From Rhynchopus sp. YZ270_cl-10 (lineage: Eukaryota), in NCBI GenBank assembly GCA_964035575.1, contig OZ037842.1, forward strand, positions 1,612,001 through 1,676,000: DNA of 64,000 bases, in the 5' to 3' direction. Positions within the stretch are counted from its first letter, which is position 1. Each line of letters starts with the position of its first letter. Below, one piece after another: positions 11,846-22,595 of this stretch. The notes beneath the pieces are model-generated. The model had not been told where the DNA came from. It was given only the letters and a program-made list of their open reading frames with translations, and did no database searches. Made by a program: the position numbers and the translations under genes.

Positions 11846-14800
11846 ATGAAGTGACCACTAGGGGTAACAAAAAAGAACAGGGAAAGGGAAAAGGGAAACC
11901 CCTAGTCCTCACCTCAGTCCTGCACCTCTGCCCTTTTTGAATGCGAAAAAAATGTAGTTTTGTCCCTTTTCCCCATCATCCTTTTTCCCCCCTTCACTGA
12001 ACAGAACTTCGTATTTCTTCGCGACCGATCGCGACGTGCATTCCGTATCGGAGAAGTGATATGTCTTCACTTCCTCTGTCCCATCGGAGACTATGTGTGT
12101 CGTGGTTGGGGTCGCTTACTTTGTTCACTTTGCGGATTTTTTTTTCTGTCTTTTTCTTAAAAGAGATTTGAAAAAATAGGTCTGCTTCGAGAGCATTTAG
12201 ATGTTCTGTTTATTGTCCTTTGAACACTTTTGTTTTTTAAAACAAAATGTATGTGCCTTTGATGCCATTCATATAAGTTATCTTTGCTCTGCCTGCATCT
12301 GCAGAGCTGCGTTGGGAGACCTCACTTTTTTTTAATATTCACCATTTAGCACTCTTTGACTTAATAAATATTCCGATGTGAGGGTCCATCATTCAATCTA
12401 TATTTTTGCAACGCACGCAACTAGAAACCTCGCATGGTTCACAGTCCCCCTCCCCGTTTTCCTCTTTTGCGGTACTTCCACCTCTAGTTGCCTTCGTGGC
12501 CTTCCCCCCTTTTTCCCCTTGGTTTTTTTTTTTTAGCACACTCCCGATCTCCCTTTCTGAATTGCCTGCATTTGCTAAATCAAACTACGTATCTGGTCAC
12601 CTGAAATTTTTTTTGTTTCAACCATGCAGTGAAGAGGCAATCATAGGAAAGGTGGTTATTTGGTCGGGTGAATGCTTTGTGTGGAGACAGAACAACATAG
12701 TGTTGAGATCTCAACAAAAAAAAAGGACAAAAAAGTACTACACGGAAGAACCCATACAGAGCATTAGAATCTACCCTGCCACCTTCAAAGATTCGCGTGC
12801 ACATTCATCTTTGTTCTTTTTTCTTTTTTCTTTTTTCTTTTTTCTTTTTTCCAGTGATTCCTTTTCACTAAGCAGGCTTTGGTTTGGCTTACCACCTTTA
12901 CCACTTTTTATTTTTTTCACAGCTACGACAATAAGTTATAACGAAGAGAAATTTTAAAATCTCGCCAAAAAAAAAGACCGCGACATTTAGAGCTGTCCTC
13001 CTGGGTTGTCTTGTAGTGAACCCAACGGAGAAATGCCTTTGGGGCTGTTTTTGTGCTTTGGTGAAGAAGAAAGCAATAAAACGGGGACCGTAATAAGTCT
13101 CGTTGCACCTAAGACCGTAACAGAAGATATTGCTTTGAGACCCGCAACCCCCTGCAGCGGCTGGGAGATAGGTCCTGGCCCGCCTTGCAAAGGGGGGAGA
13201 TTCTTGGGTAATGTTTCCTCTGTTGCCTCTTAACCTGCAGCAGCCACCTATAGGGCCAATGATCAAGGTGGCTAAGCATAGCCTGTGTGTCTTGTTAACG
13301 GCATTAATTTTAAGTAAAATAATGCCCAATTTTCATACGTTTTTTAATAGCATTTGTTGTCATTCAAGTCGAGGGGGAGGGAAGGAGAGAGTGCAAAAAC
13401 ACCGGCCATCACGCACATACACGTTTCATGGGTATTATTCCATTCAGAATTTCCCACAAACCTGATTTTAAACACACACACATACGTTTTTCACCACGGC
13501 CGTTTTTTTTCTCCCTTTTTTTTTTCGCAACCCGGAGTGTCAGTGCGCGGAAGAGGGAGTTCGTTTTTTTTTGTTCTGTTTTATTTTTTTGTGTGCGCTA
13601 AAAATAATAATAAAAATTCTCGTGTTTCTTTTTTGTCTTCACACCAAGGGGCACCCTCCCGCCCTTTTTTGAGTTTTTGCAAAAACTCGGTCTGCTCCCT
13701 TCTGTTCCCTATCCCCTCCCTTTCTTTTCGTCTTTTTTTTTGTTCTATTTTCGATTGTGCTTGTATACCAGAGCTCTCAACCCAGGGCACGACACAACGT
13801 GTACACACTGTAGAAAATATGTTTTAAAAATACCAGTTTTTTTCTTTTTGCGTACCCCCATCCCCTTTTGACCCACTGTTTTGCTTATATTTGCATACAG
13901 TGTGTCGTCTCACTTCCCATGACGTTATCGATTCCTATCTAATAAGAAATAGAACTAGGAACTGTTCAATTATTTTCTCCCCCATCCCTCTCCAGGCCTT
14001 TGTGTCTGGAAGGTTTTTTTTCTTCTTCTTTTTTTTTGTTTGATGTAAAGAGCACAGAGAGGCACCTTATCATCATTCAAAAGAAAAAATTTTTTTTTCG
14101 TTTTGCGCTTGAAACCAAAAACCTCCACTAGCCAGCCTATTGTAGGTCAAAGTTTTTTTTGCCTGTTGCTTTTCTTGTTTTGCTTTAAACATAGCCAAAA
14201 AAAAAGGGTGTATTGTATCTGAACACAATATTTCCTGTAAAAACCCCCGAAAAGATGGGTGTGCACAGTGAGGCACTTCATCTTTCATTTTTTTTCGATT
14301 TTATTTTTGCCTAGGAAAATATACGACGTTCCCCAAAAATGCTTAAAATACCGTTATATCTTTTATCGAATTCAGCTATGGGGGAAAAAATGGACTTTTT
14401 TATATATTTTACATAGACCATCCTCCTCCTCTCCCCCCCGTCAATACGACCCTCTATCACGATATCACTGTGTCTTCCCCTGCTGACAGTCTGCTATAAT
14501 CGGGCGCCACGGAACTCCGGTTGTGTTTCTTTGGTGTGATTTTCCAAAATTAGGTGTAAAAAAATGTCCTCGGTTCCTTCAATACAGGGGGGAGATGTGT
14601 GCTCACTCGAAACAAGAACAGGCTGTCGGGGTGGAGAGTTGGCGGCTACACCCCAACCCTTACCTGTACCTGGGGGTAGTACGACATCTTCGCCTTCGGC
14701 TTCCTCCGTGCCATCTCGTGCATCGCTTCAGGCTTCCACGCCGCTTTTTCCTATTCTAATTTTCCCGAATTTCCCAGAAGAACCTTGTGTGTGAGGTATA

Positions 14801-15027
14801 TGAAGCTGTGTATATGGGAGAGTGAAAGGGGGTACAAAAGGAAACTAACATCACTCTCAAATTCAATCGCGACATCACCTTTCCTTGTACATTGCAGTAA
14901 AAATGTTACACCAATCCCATTCAAATTCAACAAATCTCATCCAGAATTTTTTACACTACACAAGAGAAAGAAGTTTATTCCCCCCCTGCCCCCCTGCTCT
15001 GCTTTCTGAAGTGAACCAGAGGTAACT

Positions 15028-18000
15028 ATGCTTGAGTTAGAAGGAGAAGGATTGTACAAGACTCTTCTGGTTGCGTTGGGTGCCCTGTTTTTGCTAACAA
15101 AGCTTTCGCAACCAAAGGACGATGTATCCTCGAACGTCAATTTCCAACAGTTCCAAAGCCATTTCGTGTACGTCTACCTCATCATGATGATGGCTGACTG
15201 GCTGCAAGGTCCCACTGTGTTCAAGCTCTATCAATACTATGGGTTTTCCCGCCAAGAAAATGCAACGCTGTTTATTGCAGGGTTCGGAGCGTCCATGATC
15301 TTTGGTGCGTTTGCTGGGTATGCACGAAATGAAGTTTTGCAGAAGAGCGTTGAGGTCCTTTGACTTCGGCTTATATTGACAGTTTTTTGTCTTTTCAAAT
15401 CCTTTTTCCCCCAACAGAACCTTCGCTGACAAATACGGCAGGAAGCTGTGCTGCCAGATCTATGGGGTGACATACGGACTTTGGTATGACCAGAGATTTA
15501 TATACCATAGTAGAACTGAGGCTGAACCTCAGTTTTGAAAAAAAAAAAAAAACTTTTGCAGATTTGGACCACGGATGCTGCCAGATCTGGCCAGATTTGG
15601 GGGCCAATTTCCCAGATCTGGCTCGTTTTCCAGATGTGGAGATCTTGTTTCCAGATCTGGCCAGATCTGGCCAGATCTGGGAATCTGGGAAATTTTTTTT
15701 TTCAAAAAAAAAAAAAAACCCCCAGATCTGGCCAGATCTGGAAATCTGGCCATTTTTTTTTTTTTCTCAGATTTCTGGCTATTGTCTCCCAGGGAAAGGG
15801 ACTCTCGAATTTTTTTTTTTCGCCCCTATATAGGGCTAATTTCGACGATTTGAGGCCGTTAAAAGCAAAATTTGACACTTTTGAGCATCTGTGGGGGTCT
15901 AAAACGTGGTTTCGCGCACCCGAAATTTCGTGGTTTTTACCAAAGACAAGTCGATTTTTGAAAAATCTCGAAAAAAAATTTTTTTTTCCCGGGAAAATTT
16001 TGACCCCTGAGTAGGGTTTTTGTGCACCAAAAAGTGCAAAAAAACGCAAGAGTCGGGTGTTTTGACGATCTGGGTACCGCCATATGCACTACAGGGGCCC
16101 ACAATTTCGACTTTTTCTTAGCAATTTCCTTCATAATTTTTTTTTTCGATTTTTGGCAAAGGCAAATCTCAGGCAAAAAAAATTCACCCCTGATAGTGGG
16201 TCCTTGGGTGTCCAAAGATGCCAAAAACACAAAAATTTTGATGTTTTGACCATCTGTGGGCGCCTAAAACGCACTTCTCTGCCCAAAAAATGAATATCGA
16301 TTTTTCCTTAGCGTTTTTATAGCCGTGCTTTTTGGGTACTTTTTCGCAAAGGGAAAAAAAAAATATCAACCAAAATAGTGGGTCCTTGGGTGACCAAAAA
16401 TGCAAAAAAACGCATTTTTTTGGTGTTTTGACCCTTCAGAACCACCCAAAACGCACTTTTGTGTACCAAAACACGCATATTTCACATTTCCTTAGCAATG
16501 CCTTCACAAGTGCAAGGTGATTTTTGACCAAACTAATTTTGTGCACTTTTTTTGTGGTCACGTAACACTAAAATCCTCTCCGTGATGCGAGAATTACATG
16601 TGCGAATGCGATAATGATTCTCGCATGCGAACGCCCAAAACCACGAAGGAGGACGCAAGCAAGGCTTCAGTGCACTTAGGTACAGGATGCGTCGTTTTCA
16701 GTTACAAAAAAGGGTACTGTGAAGCGGTTGAGGCACACACACACACACACACAGACCCGTTGCAAAATGCATCTGGGACCCACGCTAGACCCCCCAAAAG
16801 CTGTAAAACCATATATTTCCATCTCGCGACCCCAGCGGATGTGGACTGAGGTGTTTTTTTTGGGTGTTTAGAAAGGTTTTTGTCCGATTGGAGAATTTTT
16901 TCGGTAAGTGTTGCGTTTTGTCCCCACTGAGTGTGCACTCAGAAAACACTCATCAATAAAACGACCTTTCTGTTCGGTAAAAAATAGTTATTTTCTATCG
17001 TAGTAGTGGGTTTGTCGTGCAGTGATGTTCTTTGTACCTGGAGAGTGGGCCGAGTGCAAGGTATGTTTTTAACCCCCCGGTTTTCTCCCTTTCGACATGT
17101 CCGCTATTTTTTAGCTATTTTTTTTTTGTCAACAAAAATGTCACTTTTACGTTTAAGGGGTACGGGGCGGCTTCTTGTTTGTTTGTTTGTTTTTTTGTTG
17201 TAGTCTCTACTTTTACATTCAATTTCTCTTAACAGGTACCCGAACCGACGACCCTTCATCGTGACAGCGAAGCAGTGCCGACGGAAGAGCTGGTGCAATT
17301 ATTTGAAAACCAGGTGGCGATCGTAAAAGTCGGGTTTATATACCAACTTTTCCATTAACCCACCCCATAGACCACCCTAATTATTATGAAACTCTTAGTC
17401 AGTCACTGCTATAGCCATTTAATCCAGGGAGCATAGCTAGTGCAAGAAATTCGACTTCGGGATCCGGAAAGTCTGTCCTCTGCTCTTGCGGAGGACTAGG
17501 CACAAGAAAATATTGCGTTCCCCCAGAAAACCAATTTTTGTCAGAGTAATTTTTGCCCAGGGCATGCTCTTGAAGCATGGCGGCTTGGTGTGAGAAGGGG
17601 CAGTGTATTGTTTTGTTCTAGATTTCAACGGTTGTTAGAACGAGTCAAGTGGATGCTTATCTAAACACTGACTTTAGTACAGACCCGAGAGATCACACAT
17701 GACTTTGAGGAAAGAACAAAGCAATGCATCTGTACCCGCACGCCAGGTTGTAGTTACTTCAGAATTTTCTTAAGTTTGCATGAACGAGGAGGGGCGAATC
17801 ATTCTTCGGGAACCATTAGCTGTATACCATGGAATGATTTTCTCAAAAACACCACGTGGGGGCTGAATTCAATCCCTTAAGAATTGCGAATTCAGCCTTT
17901 GTAGAAGGTACGTCTTACTTGTACTTGTACTTGTATGCCGTGTCCACCCTTCTCGACCTTACCGGTTCACATGTACGAATAATATTAGGCAATGGTAACA

Positions 18001-21000
18001 CCCTTCTCAATTGTGCAAACTTAAGAATTTTCTGCTGGAACTTACCAAAATCGATTTTCTTTCACCCCAAACACCCGCAACACCCCACCTGCTACTTCGG
18101 TAGCCTGTGTTGTTGGGAGTTGGTTCTCATGTTGATCCCCAGTGTTTTGCACTGCTTCTTCTGAGCCCAACGCTGTTTGGCCTGTCGACGTAATAAATAC
18201 GAAGACAGGGCGGCGGTGCCAACAATTTTCCGATGATGTAACGTTTATCTGATTGATTTATCGTTTGATATACCTTGTGTGTCCTACTTCGTAACTTGCA
18301 CACACGAGCAACGTATATTGAACGGTACTTCAAGCGATACTTCGTTATGTCATTGGGGTACCTGGAAAAAAAAATTTTCCCAGACGTCCCAGATCTCCCA
18401 GATTTGGCCAGATCTGGCCAGATCTGGCCAGATCTGGGACGTCTGGGAAAATTTTTTTTTCAAAAAAAAAAAAAAATTTTTCCAGATCTGGCCAGATCTG
18501 GGCGGCCCAGATCTGGAGATCTGGCCAGATCTGGCAGCATCCGTGTTTGGAAAAAAAGTTTTTTGCATTTTTTGGGGAACTCGGTTGCTGACCGCACCAT
18601 GAAATCCCGTACCATACAGGCTGTACCCAAATTTTTTTTGCCTGCGGCGCCATTTTTCCTTTTTTGCTCCGCAAAAAAGGGTTCGTTGAGTGACTCTGTG
18701 GTGTAAAAGGCTAGATTTTTACACCGTACCCCAATATTTTTTCGCCTGCGGCGCCATATTATATTATTTTTTTTTCGCTTCGCAAAAAAAATTTGAGTCA
18801 TGAGTCCTGATATGGGTGAAAAATTGCATCCGGGTGCCCTTTTGTGCACTCCTCCTGAAGGGGGGAAAGGTGCTGTGAATGCTACCTTGCGTGCTGGAGT
18901 CAGGCATAGTGCATGTGGGACCTGCTGGAGCCCTAGCCAGTGAAGCCCCCTGGGCTAGTACAATGATGATACTTCAATCTGAAGTCCATTTCTTCAAAAA
19001 AGCCCCTCCGTGCCTGCAGCCCCCTCAGGAATAGCAACCTCACTTTTTTTGCACTTTTGGTAAGGAAAAAAATCGTATATAAATCCCTGGGTATGACGTG
19101 CTTTAAATATACATAGCGCTCCAATTAGAGTGTTAGGGTATAATTAGAGTCTGGGATTTTGGGTCAAGTCAGTTAGAGTCCAGTTAGAGTATAATTAGAG
19201 TCGCTTTTCTTCAATTAGACTATAATTAGAGCGCAGTTAGAGCATAATTAGACTCTAACTACACTCTAATTATAGTCTAATTAGAGTAAAACAACAGGCT
19301 TCTTGTAGGTGCAAACGCCTTAAGGAACTGGTTCCCCTAAGGTTCCTCTGTAGGACCCAGGTGTCCAGGTGCCCACATAGCTGAGAATAAGACTTGGGGA
19401 CCCGGGACCCGGTTATTCTCAGCCGGACTGGGACACAACTATGTGAAGGCGCTGTGGGTCCGCCTGAAAGCGGGTCGGGGACCCGGTCGCGGGAGGGTGG
19501 GGGCCTAGTCCAAGTCCTACTGTACCTAGTACCCGGGACTCGGGACCCGGCTTATTCTCAGCTATGGGTACCCGGACCCGCAGTGGCACATGCCCTCAAG
19601 TGTGAGTGACCCACACATGAGGGAATGCGACACCGCAAAAACTCTTCGTGCACCTTCGGGTGCAATGCCGCAGACAGGCCAAACAGCGTTGGACTCAGAG
19701 GAATTCCTGCTGTGCAGGTAACAAACATGAGAACCAACTCCCAGTAACAAGGGGCGCCTTTTGGCGGGCGTTATTGAGGATGTTTGGGGTGCAAAGTTTT
19801 CCACAATTTTGATGCGCGGGTACAGAAGTGTTGTCTTGTTCTTTCATCTCTAGGAATGTAAATGTCAATCGAGTTTAACTACCACTAAGGGGTCGAAGGG
19901 GATAATCCCAGTATCAAAGGTTGTGTCGACGGGAAATCTATGAGTATACGTTCATTTCATCCGCAGAAATAACTACTTATGAACCCAGGAGAGATCCAAG
20001 CCTCGCGCTAAACCACCACCCGCGATTGACTTAGATGTTATAACAAAGAGAATTCATAACAAACAACACCCTACCCCATGCACACTAAAGTGCCATGCTT
20101 CAAGTGATCATGCCCTGGGCCAAAATTCCTGTGCTAAAAAGGCAACAAGACCAGTGTGAATTGTGCACTGGTTTTCTGGGGGAACAAACAATATTTTCTT
20201 GTATCTAGTCCTCTGCAAGCAGAAAACAGACGTTCTGGATTACAAAATCGAATTTCTTGCACTGGCTATGCTCCCTGGGTTTATGGCTATAGCATTGGTT
20301 GATGTGCCCCTCTTATTGACCCTATTATAAGACTCTAATTAGAGTCTAATTAGAGTCCAGTTAGAGTATTAGAGTTCAGTTAGAGTTTTAAAGACTCTAA
20401 TTATACTCTAACTGCCGACTCTAATTATCTAGTTGGAGTCTAATTAGAGCGCTATGTATATTTAAAAAAAAAATTACAACTCTTCCTGTTTGAACTATAT
20501 TATCTACCTGATATCCCTAACAGTTGCCTGACAAAGCATGTGAACAGCTATCCTGTGCTCATGTTAGGAAGGATCTTGGGTGGCTTTAGTACAAGCATCC
20601 TGTGGAGTGCGTTTGAGGCGTGGATGATCAGCGAGCACAACAGACACGGCTTCAGCTCGGAGTGGATCGGGGGGACCTTCTCGATGATGATCCAGCGCAA
20701 CGGCCTTGTCGCGATCCTGTCGGGGTTCATCGCTGAGGCGGCTGTAAGCTTCTATGATGGACATCCAGTGGCACCGTTCGATGTGTCCCTTACATGCCTC
20801 ATCATCGGCACGCTCATTATCACGTATGCACCCCTTGTTGAGTGAATGAACATCATACCCCTCTTAACAGCTTCACGTGGACTGAAAACCATGGCGACAC
20901 CCAGTCCTCCCAGACGGCAGGACTCACCCGCGCAGTGAAGGTCATCATGAACGACAAAAAGGTGTGCTACGATTGCTCTCGTACAATATTTCTTTCCCCC

Positions 21001-22006
21001 TTCCAACTTTGAATATACCAAAAAAAAAAACAAACATTTTTCAGGTCTTGACGATCGGGATCATTCAGTCGTTGTTTGAGGGGTCGATGTACACATTTGT
21101 GTTTGGGTGGACACCGCGTTTGGAGGAGAGCGGGAAGGTGCCGCTGGGGTTTGTGTTTTCGTCGTTCATGATTTCCTGCAGCATTGGGGCTACGGTGTTT
21201 GCGTACCTGTCAAAGAACGGACGCTCGGAGGAGTTCATGGTGGGTGTGTTCCTCTTCGCTGCGTTCTGCATGATCGGGGCAGTGATCTCAGACTCGCCCC
21301 TCATCACGATGCTCAGCTTCTGCGGCTTTGAGCTGTGCGTTGGCATCTTCTGGCCCTCCATCATGTCACTCCGTTCAGAGTACCTCCCCGAGGAAGGCCG
21401 TGCCACCATCATGAACCTCTTCAGAATCCCGCTCAACGCCTTCGTCTGCCTTATTCTGTTCAACCAGGTATGCGTTTTATGTCCCCGAACAACCGTCTCC
21501 GCAACAAAAGAGAAAATGGCTAGCAGATGTTCCATCTCCACGTAGCGTGTTGGGCTCCATGTAGCTGGCAAGCTCATGCACTTCCTCGAAGCTTCCATCA
21601 TGTACTCGTTGGCAAAGGGTGTGCAGTGCAAATACCGTCTGACATTAGGGTGTCAAGTATTTTGCACTTTTCCACTCTGGTCACAGAAACATCACAAAAA
21701 CATTGCAGTAGAAAAAAGAATAGTCCACAAGAGGGGCGCCTGCACCCTCCTTTGTACACTGTTAACGGGTTTTGTATTTGAAGTCAATTTTTTTTGTATT
21801 GACCCCATGTTTGCGCCTCAACACCACCCCTTATCACACAGGAAAGCCTTTCAGTCAGAGACGACTTCAAGCTCTGCGCAGTCGCCCTCACGGGGTGCGC
21901 ATACCTCACGAAGAAACTCGACTCGCTCCCCTCAAGCGTGGTCCCGGATCTGATTGTCAAAGACGCAAGCATGGACCCGGAACAGGCCTTGGACGACTCA
22001 CATTAG
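15028..22006 (+). CDS. MFSD5: MFSD5/MOT2-like MFS transporter (molybdate-anion transporter family), 6 exons: 15028-15317, 15418-15483, 20524-20823, 20871-20961, 21045-21467, 21842-22006
   Basis: Motifs ADWLQGP, ADKYGRK, LGRILGGFSTSILWSAFEAW, APFD, QSLFEGSMYTFVFGWTP, RATIMNLFRIPLN. All junctions are GT-AG and preserve frame. Intron 2 is ~5 kb and filled with transposons. Confidence 0.9.
15830..16550 (+). repeat. Degenerate ~180-bp tandem repeat (about 4 units) inside the nested element
   Basis: TAGTGGGTCCTTGGGTG...TGTTTTGACC...AAAACGCAC recurs at ~16194 and ~16376, with weaker copies at ~16011 and ~15831. Confidence 0.7.
17397..18365 (+). ncRNA. Candidate large structured RNA core, copy 3 (inverted relative to copies 1 and 2; carries an extra ~260-nt folded domain)
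   Basis: Stem 17605-17619/17713-17727 (15 bp with two G-U). Perfect 14-bp stem 17767-17780/18014-18027 closes a copy-specific insertion. C(UUCG)G hairpin at 18091-18104. Confidence 0.55.
19102..20466. mobile_element. Non-autonomous TIR element with TA- or TTAA/TTTAAA-type target (superfamily unresolved)
   Basis: Ends TTTAAATATACATAGCGCTCCAATTAGA and TCTAATTAGAGCGCTATGTATATTTAAA are inverted. AATTAGAG/CTCTAATT subterminal arrays at ~19120-19290 and ~20330-20450. The TIR/TSD boundary is ambiguous because the target is palindromic. Confidence 0.8.
19565..20293 (-). ncRNA. Candidate large structured RNA core, copy 2
   Basis: Collinear with 6555-7386, with long identical blocks (e.g. GGGGTGCAAAGTTTTCCACAATTTTGATGCGCGGGTACAGAAGTG) separated by loop-like indels. 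Confidence 0.55.
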
Positions 22007-22595
22007 GCATCTGAAGGGGTTATTGGTTGGCAGGACATACGGGCTTTTTTAAACAATAACTGGCCTGTTCTGGCGGTGCTTTTTTGCCCATTTTTCACGC
22101 AATTTCGATTCTTTTTTTTTTTTTTAATGCCTGTCGGTTTTTCGCTGATTTTCCCCCCCACCCGCAATAGAGACACCTTAGAAGACATTCTGAACAAATA
22201 CATCTGAAACTGACACAGTGGCAAACAAAGGGGTGTCAACCATGTGATACAGGGGTTTCACAGCACGACAACTTCACCCAACCACTCAAAAAACTCTCCC
22301 TCGTAACGCCCCCCCCTTTCACCCCATTAACTTAAAAATGCCGGGTTTTACTCAGTTCGAAGTACCGAAAACCTGGTCAAGGGGGAGAACGACATCAACA
22401 AAAAAATCGTTTCCTCCCCCTTACAAACACATGCCTTACAATAAATGAGTTTCATATACTTTCAACATCAAAGAGAAGGTAGAAGGACGAATAAAAAAGT
22501 CTCCCAATTTTATTTGTTCCCCGCGGAGCCTTATCAACTTCACTTTTTCACAAAACTCCATATTCCCCCCAGGCCTCCCTCCTCCCACCCCTGCA

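Larger units (their letters stand above)
15570..18545. mobile_element. Probable nested TIR element with palindromic CCAGATCTGG subterminal arrays
   Basis: Ends CACGGATGCTGCCAGATCTGGCCAGAT and ATCTGGCCAGATCTGGCAGCATCCGTG are exact reverse complements. CCAGATCTGG arrays at ~15580-15780 and ~18380-18535. Flanks share only TTTGGA, so the TSD is imperfect. Confidence 0.65.
15491..19089. mobile_element. Non-autonomous hAT-like DNA transposon in intron 2 of the MFSD5-like gene
   Basis: 15-bp TIRs CAGAGATTTATATAC (15491) and GTATATAAATCCCTG (ends 19089), with 1 mismatch. Perfect 8-bp TSD GGTATGAC at 15483-15490 and 19090-19097. Confidence 0.88.

Noticed and set aside
17466..17473. GGAAAGTC resembling RNase P RNA conserved region I
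   Set aside because: Changed in copy 2 (AGAACGTC), no matching CR-V/P4 partner was found, and it fits a local hairpin.
15580..18535. CCAGATCTGG arrays (and AATTAGAG or TACCCAGG arrays) as CRISPR-like arrays
   Set aside because: No regular unique spacers. They are inverted subterminal repeats or simple tandem arrays of TIR elements in a eukaryotic context.
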